Notes: a model not told the origin generated them from the sequence alone. Shown: positions 36,507-49,421, counted from the first letter of the whole stretch. The stretch is 63,071 nt of DNA, filler included, from Octopus bimaculoides (GCF_001194135.2; 4 parts of 4 records of this genome joined end to end with filler, not necessarily neighbours in it); one strand, 5' to 3'. Numbers and translations: made by a program.

Positions 36507-36944
36507 CATGCACAAACAAGCCATGATTAAAATGATTATTTTCTCACTAAATTTATTTATAATACAATGAAAGAAAGAATAGTAAAAAACAATCAGGATA
36601 TAATTATTTCAAGCAAAAAATAACCATTTCCGTTCTGAGGACACCTCTATATCGTGATAGGAGTCGTTATGTCTATACTCTTCTCTTCATCAGTCTCAGA
36701 TGAGACTGATGAGGAGATGCCACAGACTTACACCCATTAATAAAACATGTAGATGTCATAGACTTACTCATATTAATAAACCAAAAACACAATAAACTCA
36801 AAATCTTTGCCGTAATTCTAATGCGTCGATTTTTCCTGTCGACCAAAAATTGTATAGTATGTTGAAATGTTCTCTCAATATCAATATGACATACTATTGG
36901 TTTCAAACTTTGCCAGAAAGCCAGTAAAACAAGTAATGTGGCTA

Positions 36945-37100
36945 GAGGGGATAAGCCGATAACATCGACCCAAGCAATCGGCTGGTACTTATGAAAATGC
37001 AAAATCGATTCCGGCGGTATTTGAACGCAGAACAAAAAGACAAGAAATGCCGCTAACCATTTTTCCCGGCGTGATAACGTCTGTCAGTTCGTCACCCTAA
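36945..37100 (-). mobile_element. family D SINE, degenerate
   Basis: CCGATAACATCGACCC...CTGGTACTTATGAAAATGCAAAATCGATTCCGGCGGTATTTGAAC...CCCGGCGTGATAACG. Confidence 0.75.
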
Positions 37101-37643
37101 TATGACAAATTATTAATATGGCAAAATAGAACCATGTCAGGATTTGAGCTCCGAACATAAAATATCGAAATCAAATAATATAGGCTTATAGTAATTTAGT
37201 ACGGCAGTTTAACACTTCTGTCGACACATCAATTCTTCAAGCATTTGAATATATTAAATATGTATGAAATATGTATAATGTGTTCACATAAGTTAAGATT
37301 GAATGAAATTATTATGAGACGCTTTGTATATGGATTAATGTGTTATTTTCACTTTGCTCTTCTCACTAATGCTTGCACTTCTATAGCAGAAATATGTTCT
37401 CTCAAGAAAGAGGCAAATTATCAGAGGAGGGTTGTTAACAACAGTGTTAATACAATTTCACTGCAAGCGTCTTGAAATTACACGTCGTGTCACATTAATT
37501 ATGGAGTATTACTTGTTAAAGGCTGTCAACTAATAATCAATCAATTATTCTAATCTAACATTGATCTTTCAAAATACGATTCCAGCTGATAATCAATTAG
37601 GTTCGAATCGAAAATAGGTGTGAATGGTATACATTATGTATAT

Positions 37644-37676
<33 letters not shown>

Positions 37677-37814
37677 NNNNNNNNNNNNNNNNNNNNNNNN
37701 NNNNNNNNNNNNNNNNNNNNNNNNNNNNNNNNNNNNNNNNNNNNNNNNNNNNNNNNNNNNNNNNNNNNNNNNNNNNNNNNNNNNNNNNNNNNNNNNNNNN
37801 NNNNNNNNNNNNNN

Positions 37815-38030
37815 NNNTATATTCTATATATATTCTATTTTCTATTTTCAATTTTTTATATTTTGTATTTTCTCTCCCTGTTTATTTCTGTGTTCCTTTC
37901 TGTCGAGAAGCGTAGGCTCGAAACGTAAAAGACTTTCTCACTTCTTGAGCATTAAACTAATACATCTGGTTATTGTTTACACACCAGTCTTCTTCTTTTT
38001 TTGGTTTTTTTTTTTGTAAATTCACGCCAT
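37815..38030 (+). mobile_element. family H repeat carrying a minimal hammerhead-like fold (PLE pLTR-like)
   Basis: CUUU-CUGUCGA-G-A-AGC-GUAG-GCU-C-GAAA-C-GUA-AAAG at 37896-37931; position 6 is U instead of the conserved A. 5' side lost in gap. Confidence 0.5.
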
Positions 38031-38046
38031 ATATATATGTATATAT

Positions 38047-38118
<72 letters not shown>

Positions 38119-38121
<3 letters not shown>

Positions 38122-38400
38122 GGCGCATGGCTGAGTGGTTAGATTGTCGATCTTACGATCGTGAGGTTGCGGGTTCGATTCCCGGACCTGGCTGCGTGTT
38201 GTCTTCTTGAGCAAGACGCTTTATTTCACGTTGCTCCAGTTAACTCGGCTGTAAAAATGAGCAACGACATCACTGGTGCCAAGCTGTATCGGCCTTTGCC
38301 GATAACATCAGTGGTGTGGAGAGGGGAGGCTGGTATGCACGGACGACTGCAACCTTGCCTGGACTTGTGCCACGGGGGGTAACTTTCTAGGTGCAATCTC
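38119..38400 (+). mobile_element. family C head + third tail SINE
   Basis: GAAGGCGCATGGCTGAGTGGTTAG A box, GGTTCGATTCCC B box, TGTCTTCTTGAGCAAGACGCTTTATTTCACGTTGCTCCAG block; downstream sequence differs from tail-1 and tail-2. Confidence 0.85.
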
Positions 38401-38403
38401 ACC

Positions 38404-38658
38404 GTTGTTGTTGTTGTTAGTACTCCGTCGCTTACGACAACGAGGGTTCCAGTTGATCCGATCAACGGAACAGCCTGCTCGTGAAATTAACGTGCAAGTG
38501 GTTGAGCACTCCACAGACACGTGTACCTTTAACGTAGTTCTCGGGTATATTCAGCGTGACACAGTGTGACAAGGCTGACACTTTGAATTACAGGCACAAC
38601 AGAAACAGGAAGTAAGAGTGAGAGAAAGTTGTGGTGAAAGAGTACAGCAGGGTTCGCT
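38404..38658 (-). mobile_element. family B + tail-1 SINE (3' part; head lost in gap)
   Basis: (GTT)n tail then reverse complement of tail-1 and the B body (GAGTACAGCAGGGTTCG). Confidence 0.9.
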
Positions 38659-38758
38659 NNNNNNNNNNNNNNNNNNNNNNNNNNNNNNNNNNNNNNNNNN
38701 NNTTAATTAATTAANNNNNNNNNNNNNNNNNNNNNNNNNNNNNNNNNNNNNNNNNNNN

Positions 38759-38812
<54 letters not shown>

Positions 38813-39741
38813 CCCACTTCACGTATATATATACGTGTGCACATTAAAATACAAGTTCTAGTTGTATTTCATTTCAATTTTATTATCAATTAATAATTAA
38901 TTTGTTTTGATTAATTCGTTTTGTCATAGATTGTGATATTATTGCTGACCTTATACATCACTACTATTATACATTCCTTGTCTTTTGTCCTTTGCAAGAA
39001 ACAAAGAATATCATATTCAACCAACAGTACATTCTTTATGACAATGAAAATGTCTTAAATTGGTAGTTTAATGCGCTAGAAATAGCTAGAAATTTCCAAT
39101 GAACCCATACTTTGTATTTGACAGAAACGAAAGGATGCATTTTTAAAAGCAGCCCTTGATATTTTTTGCATGAATGAAAGACGGAGTTGTCAATTTTGGA
39201 ACCGATTTTGATCAAATCTATGCCACAATATTAATTACTGTGTGATAATGAAAAATTACTAATATTCCTATTGTAGCAATCTTATTTCATTATATTTAGA
39301 TATGAAAATCCACTTTTTGACAAAAATAAATGAAACGATTTAAAGCTCAGAGAAACTTCTTTTGAATGTAACAATGGTGTTTGTTATACTTTTTTGCAGA
39401 TAAACATATTGTCGATTTAACATGTCATAACATTTGCTTGTTTTTTTTTTTTTTACTGCTGTTGTAGTTGTTGTTATCGTAATACCGACATATGTTCTGA
39501 TGCGATACCTAAATTTATTCTCAGCAAGATGAAGATGTCAACATTGATTCTGTTGCTGGCCTTCTTTCTCATCATGATGATGTTATTGCTGCTGACTCTG
39601 ATGATAGGAATTATAATGAAGGTTTTCTACATGGCTTCAGAATAATAACTCATATAGGTAACGAGCACCACCACTGTACACACGAGTTCTTTCAATCATA
39701 TATATTTATATGCATACATATAAACACACACACTGACATCC

Positions 39742-39839
<98 letters not shown>

Positions 39840-41049
39840 TAATCATATTCCTGTACAACAAAGTTGCTCAGTAATGCAAGCACGAGAAACACGTTTATAG
39901 CTAATACGCACATTTCAGATATGCAAACCATAATTCCTTGTCTCACGTATCACTTAAAACCTTTTCCTTCTGCCAAATATCCAAATAAATCAATCTTAGA
40001 AGCTTTACTAAATCCCTCATTCAAAAGACAATCACCGATTCTTCACAAAGAAAACAGAAAGCCGCATTCTAAATTAGTTTGAATTCATTACATTCACAGA
40101 TTTGGTAAATGCAATGCATAATATATTTGTTGCAGAGTCGGTTTCTGTCTAATTCACAAGAAAAATACAGAGAAGAATATGGAAGATTGACATAAAATAA
40201 TGATAATGGAAAGGAATTACATCCACTAAATTTTGATTTTCAGTTATTGTATGATACTTGAGAGAAGTGTGTGCAACAGAGACGTAGATACGAATACATC
40301 TGAATTGGTTACAAAGGACTCTGGAAAGGAATACATACCATCGTATGTAGTGTGATATGTTCCCATGTGAGCTGTATAAAATGGACGGATAAATTTATTT
40401 AGAGAAAGGTAGTTAGGTAGTTATAGGAGTAGTGGAAGATGGAGAAGCACTTATAAAATGTTATACGATCGACAATTGAATGTGGAGTGTTGTTTTTTTG
40501 CTGGTATATGGCACATATAGTGTGTCAGTTTGAGTGAGGAAGTATGTGATTATATGTGCGCAAGAAAGAGAGGAAGAAAAGAGTGGGGAGAGAAAATTGT
40601 TAGTTTATGTCAGTCAGTGACGGTGGTGCCGTGCTTATGACATTTGCTGCCACTCCTGTATCAGTGCAAAAGATGCAGTTGATGTTCAGTTTGACCGTTT
40701 ATGGCGCAATGTTTGCAGTAGTTGCATAAATAGGAGGGAAATTTCGAGAGGATTTCAATCTTGGGGAAAGAGAGAGAACTGGACAAAGTGCTTAAGGGCG
40801 GAGGCTGAAAAGTGAAATATAATTTGAATGAGTGATTCGGTTGTGTCTAAGTGAATACATGAAACTTGCTATTCTGGAAGAACAGAAGTCGCTGTTATTG
40901 AGGAATTAATGAAGGGAATTAATAGAGAATATCTGTTTGATATTACAAAGTATTAGTGTGTAAATTAACGACAATCAGTCGAATGATCCCCTTCTTTTAG
41001 CTGCAGTCTTGTATATAAGTAATTACCGTTTCGAGTTTTAGCACTCATT

Positions 41050-41427
41050 AGGGCCGGTTATCCAGTTTTCATAGCCTATAATAGACCAAAATAACAACGC
41101 TCCCTACCCTAAATGGAAGGACACATCACGTGATCGACTTTGCTATCGGATGTTGTTATACATCGCTGGTTACAATGCGCCTTGCATCGGTTTTTAGCTT
41201 TCGAATGACACCACCCCACTTGACTAGAGGAGCAGGCCAGCGTTACCCCACGATCAGAAGGCGAGTTCATCACAGGGTGTATCCATTTACAGCTGAGTGG
41301 ACTGGAGTAATTTGAAATGAAGTGTTTTGCTCAAGAGCACAACATGTCACCCAGTCTGGGAATCGAAACCACGGTCTTACTATCGTGTGTGCCATACGCT
41401 TAGCCACTAGGCCACGTGCCTTCACAT
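41050..41427 (-). mobile_element. family C head + diverged tail-2-like SINE
   Basis: Head and central block CAGCTGAGTGGACTGGAG...GTTTTGCTCAAGAGCACAAC...GGGAATCGAAACC...AGCCACTAGGCCACGTGCCTTCAC; 3' part GGGCCGGTTATCCAGTTTTCATAGC resembles tail-2 GGGCCCGGTTTCCCGGTTTCTATGGC. Confidence 0.7.
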
Positions 41428-41949
41428 ACATATTATATACGATGCGATATTTAGAGCTATTTCGTGGCCTTTTCCTCTTGATAGAAGATTAACTGCTCAG
41501 TCTCATTTCTGACAGACACTCTCCACTAATGCCCCATATTTATTTAGAGTATATGGCATGAGCGACCTATTGAATAATTTTACTTATTCGCGACCTCAGG
41601 TGACGATATAACGATATATCGCTGTATATTATTTTTGAAGATTATTTTCTTTCTACCGTTATTATGTTAATATATTTCTTTTACTGTTTAGATATAGTTG
41701 AAATCTATTGCTCTAAATCTTATTGTTCTATAATTGAAATGTATTGTTTTAATTCCTGATATCATTATTTGAGGGATAATAGTATCATGCAACATTTAAT
41801 ATTGCCTTTGCATTTGCCCTTGTTATTACATTTATGTTTTGAAAGAAAATAAATCAATTGGTGTATTTCACATTGATCATTTATGTTCTTGCATAAAGCG
41901 TCTGTAGACAAATTCTCGGTGACCAATACTTTCGTTTAATGCCTCGCCA

Positions 41950-43500
41950 CAAAATCTTTCTACTATTACACCGCTAACAAATATTTTATCACTATCTTCT
42001 ATGATACTGTATAATCTATATCTGAAAACCTGGGTATTATATAATTTAAATTCTTGTTCCTTTGTGGCGAACACTATTTATAATTGGTAAATTTATCAAT
42101 ACCTTTCGGCTATTTTGCCTTCTTTCTTAGTGCTTCTCCCTTCTGTGTGCTCATCTTCAGATACCTAATTATGGACATATTTATGCATGCATACTTTCAC
42201 GTTTCATTTGCCATCAATATATCTTCCAACTTATATCTTAAACTTTATTTTATCTTTCATCTGACACCGAATTGCTCTTCGTACCACTTGTCTGTAACTT
42301 TGAATCCACAAACGAAGTTAACTTTCCAATGCACTCTTTTGCCGATACAGTCGAACCTGCATCAATACTCTTTTTGTGTTAGTTTGCTGCATTCATTTAG
42401 GAGATGATTAATACTTTCGTCTCCTTTTCCACAGGTTCTGTGTTTGCTCTCAGTTTAAGTTTCATTAATCGTTCTCTTTATAAAATGTTTATAATGGTTT
42501 GTTCCTGAGCTGATATAATCAGCGGTTCAGTTTCTCGTTTCAGGTTTCTGTCCATCAACTACAACCAATGTTCTTTACTTCCAGCATCCTTGGTTTCTTG
42601 CCAGAATTATCCGTGTAATTTCTGTCTCTTTCCAGGTATTTGTCCCGTCGTACTCCTTTCCGTTCTTGAATTCTCGCACTGTTACGGTGACTTCTTTGAT
42701 ATTTCTAACCGCAGATAATATATTTCACTACGCACAGCATAGTTTTCCAAATTTAAAATCACAGTTCTTATAGAGTTTTCTGCATTTAACTAACCGCTAT
42801 CTCCTTCCTGAGTTTTTTAATGGAAACTCTCGATATCACTTTTAGGTTGTGAGTTTTGTATTATGAGTAATGTCCTACATCTTTTATCCAATTCCTTTAA
42901 CTCTGTTTTTGTTCACTTTAGTCAAGGAACAAACTATCTCAACACCAGAAGGACCCATGTACTGCTAACTTCGATGACATAATCTCTATTTTGTTGTATT
43001 TCGAGCACTGTACCTGCCCAACGCTTCTACTCTACTCTTTGGAGCATTTCTCCTTCCATTAACTTATCATCTTGCTGCTCACTAAGCTACTTATATTCTT
43101 CATCATCAGCAATCTAATATTAACACATTATAATATCTTTATGTTATCAGATTTAATCTTTCTATCTCTCTTCATAATTTAAACAGCGAACCTATTTACT
43201 CCTACACTGCAACAACAATATCCTTACTAAATATTCTTACTGCTTCAATAAGAGAATCCATATTGGTGCATTGTCTGAGAACATATATGTATAGCAGATG
43301 ATTGATTTTCTAGCTAGTCCAGAGGCAAGTCTTATTATATCAGTAAGCTTGTCGGAAGAATTAACACAATTGCGAAAAGCTATGGTAAAGCATCATCTCC
43401 CTATTTTCACACTTCCCAATGATTTTCTTCTGTATTTTAGTCCTATTTCCAGAGATTTCATTTCTTAAGAAAATACCCGTCAAGCTTCTCACCACGAGTG
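41950..43500 (-). mobile_element. old R4/Dong-clade LINE fragment (copy 3), RT through RLE
   Basis: Minus-strand translations: GDDALP*LFAIVLI, INHLLY, MDSLIEAVRIFSKDI, ELKELDKRCRTLL..PKSDIE, LKRETEPLIISAQEQ, RTCGKGDESINHLLNECSKLTQKEY..RFDCIGKRVHW. Many stops and frameshifts. Confidence 0.8.
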
Positions 43501-43850
43501 TCCTTAAGCCCTCAAAATCGAACAGTTGTGGTACATTATGTCACGCTTTCTTGTAACCTACCCCACAACCAGCGAATTTCTTTCTTATTCGTACCTCACT
43601 TCATATCCTACTTTCGATATACAACAGATTGGAAGTTCCTCTCGTTTTACTTCTGCACCCCTTTTGTCCATCTGTTAATGGTTTCTCCTACTCAATAAAA
43701 CTATGCAAGTCAACTGCTATCGAGCAGGTTGGTAATTTCCAGATCAATGGCAAGCAATAATAACTACCGACTTCCACTTACTTTTCTTTGTTCATTTGTA
43801 TTAACATTTTCTCCTTTGCCTTTATTATTATTATCATTATTATTATTATT

Positions 43851-43980
43851 GAGTGAGAGAGCAGTTAATGCCATCAAAGAGACACTGGGGTAAAATATAC
43901 GAAACCCAGTATACCCATCATGACTACCTGTCTGATAAGCGTACACAAGGCATATGCATCACAACCATATGTGCGCGACA
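43851..43980 (-). mobile_element. family E element, 5'-truncated (130 bp), at an (ATT)n tract
   Basis: Matches the end of the 47434-48044 element. Confidence 0.85.
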
Positions 43981-44022
43981 GAGTACAGTGTTATTAGGGA
44001 CAGCTAAGATACTATTATTATG

Positions 44023-44063
<41 letters not shown>

Positions 44064-44466
44064 TATTATTAGACGATACGCTCTTCGTATTGTCTATTTA
44101 CCGTTGTGAAGAGTTACGTTAATCCTTGAAAGTGTTATTATTATTGTTATTATTATTGTTATTGTTATTATTATTACTGCTGTTGTTATCATCCTCCTCC
44201 TCCTCCTTCTCCTCCTCCTCCTNNNNNNNNNNNNNNNNNNNNNNNNNNNNNNNNNNNNNNNNNNNNNNNNNNNNNNNNNNNNNNNNNNNNNNNNNNNNNN
44301 NNNNNNNNNNNNNNNNNNNNNNNNNNNNNNNNNNNNNNNNNNNNNNNNNNNNNNNNNNNNNNNNNNNNNNNNNNNNNNNNNNNNNNNNNNNNNNNNNNNN
44401 NNNNNNTCATTATTATTATTATTATTAATGTTATTATTATTATTATCATCATCATCATCATCATCA

Positions 44467-44525
<59 letters not shown>

Positions 44526-45159
44526 ATTATTATTATTATTTTGTTCCTAACTTTTATTAATTACGTTAATGGAGTAGATTGAATTTCTGTTCAATATCTA
44601 TTATTCTGACGGTAGACGAATTGAAATCTGAAATGTTCTCTGTTGCCAGCTTCAGAAGAAATATTTTCATGATACAGCATTCAGTTCTTTGAAACATCGA
44701 AATTCAGGAGCTCAGAAGCCCCAATATCTTCCAGAGAACATGGTTATGCAATGGTGATTGGCGTCAAACATCTCCTGAAAACTACTAATCACATGGATAA
44801 AAGGTCCTTTCATGTTATCCCTACTATCTTCAATATATACTACGAAGATCTAAAAGAAAGAATCTAAATAAAATACAATTAATTTTCCGAAATAACATTT
44901 AAATCAAATCTCCTATATTTTCATTGACTGCTGAGGGCGTGATCCGTGCACAGAAGGTGCCACAAGAAAACGATAATCGCATAAAGGTTTCGTTGTATGT
45001 ACATATTTTGGCGCTAGTCCACTTGTTTGTCGTCATGTGATTCGGATGATGAAACAGTATGTGATTGTTGGAAGGATAATAACGGAGTTAATAGCAAGGC
45101 AATTGTTTTCTTTTAAATGAAGCAGGTTTGCACACCACACATTATTGACGAAACTCAAT

Positions 45160-45560
45160 GGAGATCTCGACGTAGAAGATTATGAAGACGGGTAAAATAG
45201 TCTGTTGGATATGTTGGAGCTAATTATCCCAATAGTCAGACTAGCTACACTTCACAAAACGCTTCTAGTGTCATTCCGTGTGTTCAATGAGCCAGACTGT
45301 GGTTTCTGTGTACAATCCACCCGAGGTCCCTCTTCACTTGCTGAAGTAATTTTCAACCATAAACCCCACGTTTTGAGATATGTAAGCTCCCTGCACAGTG
45401 TTTAACAGATCTATGAAAGCCCAAAGTGTTGACTGCTGTTTTATGGAAACATTGAAAAGTAGCCACAGATGAAATCTGAGTGTTAGATGATGCACCAAGG
45501 TGGATGATGTCATAGCAACGTTTATTCTTGACAAACTACACAATCCATACAATACATACA
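45160..45560 (-). mobile_element. possible degenerate RTE LINE remnant
   Basis: Minus-strand translation has AFIDL and SNRLFY segments resembling RTE ORF2 motifs, but spaced far too closely. Confidence 0.3.
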
Positions 45561-45744
45561 CAAAATGATATCGTTTTTATATTACATATCTCTTGTTGAG
45601 AGTATGTGATAAATTTGTATCGTGAACTTTACGATGGAAAAATTAATTAAAATGTTCCATAATAAAATAACATGTTGCTATTTTATGTCTTGCTTATTTC
45701 TCGCCTTTTTTGATGTTTTATATGTGAAAAATTAATGATGCTCA

Positions 45745-45882
45745 GCATAATGGTTGGAGTGTTTGACTCATAATCATAAGCTCATTTCCTGTAAGTTCAA
45801 TTCCTGGATCGGGCGTTGCGTTTTGTCCTTAAACAAAGAGAATTTTATTTCTTGTTGCTCCGGTTTACTCAGCTGTAACAAG
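45745..45882 (+). mobile_element. family C SINE head and central block (old)
   Basis: CAGCATAATGGTTGGAG...AAGTTCAATTCCTGG...GTTTTGTCCTTAAACAAAG...GTTGCTCCGGTTTACTCAGCTGTAAC. Confidence 0.7.
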
Positions 45883-46069
45883 TTCCAACCGATAACAAGA
45901 GCAGCCCTCTCCTTTTTGTGGATATTCTGCTAGGCCCAAACTTCTTGACCCAAGAAGGTGTTTACATCTGTTCATGTATATACAGACGACTATACCAATT
46001 ATCGAGCGCAGGTACGTATTCTCGAGTCATACTCGTTCACTGGTGACCACTGGCTGGATGCATTAGATC

Positions 46070-46480
46070 TCTTTCTTTGTTTTTACTTCTTTCCGTCATT
46101 AGACTGCGGCCATGCTGGAGCATTGCGCTGAAGAGTTTTTAATCAAAGGAATCGACTCCAGTATATATTTTTAATCCGGTACTTATTCTATTAGTTATTT
46201 TTTTGCCGAACTGTTAAGTTACGGAAACGTAAACAAACCATCACCGGTAACAAGCGGTGGTGGGGGACAGACAGACAGACACACACACACGCGCGTACAC
46301 ACACACACACACACGCACACACACACGCATACACGCGCACACATATATATATTTAAGGCTTTGGTCTACCCCGAGGGAATAATATAAACACTTACTGAAG
46401 GTACCATGCAGTGGGACTGAACCCACAACCATGTGGTTGGGAAGCATGCTACTTACCACACAGCCACTCCAGCGCCTACA
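46070..46480 (-). mobile_element. family A SINE with internal (CA)n
   Basis: Reverse complement of the 749-1120 element, with head CTTACCACACAGCCAC at the right end. Confidence 0.88.
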
Positions 46481-47067
46481 GAAATATTTTCTTAGAATTT
46501 CTTGTCTCTACATAACAACATAACAGAGGGAACAGAACTGACTTTTAAACCTGCTAGAAATACCAGTCACATCACCTCGAATCACCGTTTTAAAAAGTTG
46601 ATGCATCTCAAGACGCGCGACATCTTAAGGATAGATAGGATAAACACTTTCGGAACATCTATAATCTTCGATCTAATCAATCACAATTGAACCAGACCAA
46701 GACAACCACAACAAGAAGAACAAGATCAACAATAACTAATAGGAGTTTCTAAACTGTTTTTATCAACAAAAAAAACCTACAAAAGAAAACAAAAAAATGT
46801 AGCAACAAAATATCCCCTTTTAGACGCCAGCGAAAGGTATATTTATTGAGATTGATGTCTTATTAGTCTCCTTACAGTTCTATAGAACTCTCGTTCTGTT
46901 TCGTTACATCTACCTCTCTCTCATTGTCTCACTTTCTTTCTTTTTTATCTCCTCCTTTCCTCCTCTCTCTCACTCTCCGCCTCCCTTCTTTGGCTGTGTG
47001 GGAATTCGATAAATCTTTGTCGAAACCTGACACTTTACTAAGAGGGACTGTTGTTGTTGTTTTTGCT

Positions 47068-47069
<2 letters not shown>

Positions 47070-47106
<37 letters not shown>

Positions 47107-47200
47107 CTTCTTCTTCTTCTTCTTCTTCTTCTTCTTCTTCTTCTTCTTCTTCTTCTTCTTCTTCTTCTTCTCCTCATCATCACCATCACCATCATTACTT
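47070..47200. repeat. (GTT)n(CTT)n compound microsatellite
   Basis: Direct read. Confidence 0.95.
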
Positions 47201-47201
47201 A

Positions 47202-47400
47202 CGCGGTAAGATGGCAGAATTGTTAACACGCGAAGGTTTTTCGCCTGTCTTTACGTTATGAGATCAAATTTCGTCGAGATCGACTTTACCTTTCGTCATT
47301 GGGAATCGATAAAATAAAGTACCAACCAAACACTGTGGTTGTTGTAAGCGAGTGACCCCACCCACTCAAAATTTCAGACCCTGGGCTTTTAGTAGAAAGG

Positions 47401-47433
<33 letters not shown>
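47202..47433 (+). mobile_element. family D SINE with (ATT)n tail
   Basis: GCGGTAAGATGGCAGAATTGTTAAC head through GTAGAAAGG(ATT)n. Confidence 0.85.
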
Positions 47434-48044
47434 GAGTGAGAGAGCAGTGCATGCCATCAGAGTGGCACTGGGGTANNNNNNNNNNATTGAGTGAGAGAGC
47501 AGTGCATGCCATCAGAGTGGCACTGGGGTAAAATATACGAAGCCCATTATACCCATCGTGACTACCCGTCTGATAAGAGTACCCTAGGCGCATGCATCAC
47601 AACCATATGTGCACGACATGGTGATCTCATATCAAGATAAACAGCACATGACCTCGCAGGTGGGGCCCACACAGAATTTTCTTCAGGTCGAGTAGCCCAT
47701 CCCGCTCAAAAGGTCCCTGAATAAGGTTTGTTTAAGGATGTTGAGCAAAACACCCATGTTTCTAAAGGTGAATTATTCAAACCCCAAAGAATTCCTCTCA
47801 ATACATGGCTATGATGCTCCCCGCCCACTTCTGCTCATGATCAGAGATGCACATATTGTCAGCCACTAAGGGACATGCTCAACTGGTTAAGGTCAAACAA
47901 CTGACAAGCAAAACAATGGTATTAAACAGAATATTTGCTGTAGCCCATCTTTTATACCAAGACAAAACAATGTACATGATTACACTTCCAATCAATTAAG
48001 ATCAGAAGCCATGAGAGCCATTGCCTGGTACTGCATCCGGGCAT
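47434..48044 (-). mobile_element. family E non-coding element (about 555 bp after removing an assembly duplication), inserted in (TAA)n
   Basis: No ORF, no A/B boxes and no TIRs. Minus-strand 3' end CTCTCTCACTC(AAT)n is shared with truncated copies at 43851 and 60596. Confidence 0.8.
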
Positions 48045-48689
48045 TTATTAGTATTATTTCAATTATTATTTGTAGTAGTAATAGTGGTACTATTGAATAT
48101 AAAATGAGCTAAATTGATTTTGTGTAATAGAGTTCCTTATTGGTGTTTTCTCTACAGTTGTATGTGCTGTTTAACCCCAGGTCAGCCCTGATCGAACAGA
48201 CATGAATAAAAGAATTCCAGTCATGACATAAAGCAACTCCATAAGAAAGTTATTAACACAATAGTGTCTAATAAAGTGATTTCATTGGAAATTGATTCAG
48301 AATAGTTATAACGTCCAGTACTGTATACTAAATTTTACGATACAGTTTATTTCTCCAAATATACTGGGTTCAGTATTCTTTCATCAAATAGCCATCTAGT
48401 ATGGTTTTACGTAAAGTGAAATTATAATCGATAAATGTCATAAGAAATATGGTTGGTTTTTCTCAAATTCTTGAATAACATTCGAAATCAATAATTGTGA
48501 ACTAACGATGACAGTAAAATATAGAGGTAAAATGAAAGCGGACAGCTATTTATAGCAGAGTTACAGGGCTTAACAAAAGGGTATAAATAAACACGAGTAT
48601 ATTTTAAGAGTTGTAAACAAAATATCTCAGGAAAACAATTGTATTTGATATATATAAGAATGAAAGGATATATTTACTCTGTTTTTTAC

Positions 48690-48910
48690 TCTCTTTTGCT
48701 TGTTTCAGTCATTTGACTTTGGCCATGCTGGAGCACCGCCTTTAGTCGAGCAAATCGACCCCAGGACTTATTCTTTGTAAGCCTAGTACTAATTATTCTA
48801 TCGGTCTCTTTTGCCGAACCGCTAAGTTACGGGGACGTAAACACACCACAATCGGTTGTAAAGTGATGTTTGGGGAGAAAAACACAGACACACAAACACA
48901 CACACACACA
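48690..48910 (-). mobile_element. family A SINE 3' module
   Basis: Nearly identical to the reverse complement of 925-1120. Confidence 0.9.
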
Positions 48911-49033
48911 CACCCACATGTATATATTCACATATATATGTGTGTGTGTATGTATGTATGTATTTGTGTATGTGTGTGTATATAAACACATATATATATA
49001 AATATATAAACATATATGTATGTATATACACGC

Positions 49034-49095
<62 letters not shown>

Positions 49096-49390
49096 GAGGT
49101 GCAATGGTTAGGGCAGCGGATTCGCGGTCGGAGGATCGCGGTTTCGATTCCCAGACCGGGCGTTGTGAGTGTTTATTGAGCGAAAACACCTAAAGCTCCA
49201 CGAGGCTCCGGCAGGGGGTGGTGGCGACCCCCGTTGTACCCTTTTGCCCCAACTTTCTCTCACTGTTTCTTCCTGTTTCATGAGTAACGCTGCGATGGAC
49301 TGGCGTCCTGTCAAGCTGGGGGAACACATACACCATAGAAACCGGGAAACCGGGCCTTTTTAAGCTTTAAAAGGGCGCATAATAATAATG
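49096..49390 (+). mobile_element. family B head + tail-2 SINE
   Basis: Collinear with the reverse complement of 36189-36506; ends GGGCGCATAATAATAATG. Confidence 0.9.

Positions 49391-49421
<31 letters not shown>

Noticed and set aside
47431-47530. 45-bp direct repeat at the end of element E across a 10-N gap (similar case at 20655-20710)
   Set aside because: Typical unmerged contig overlap; not counted as a TSD or tandem duplication.
47860-48044. HDV-like ribozyme at the 5' end of element E
   Set aside because: A P3/L3-like GTC-CCTTAGT-GGC exists, but P1 lacks G1, the P1.1 GG is absent and no P2 partner was found.
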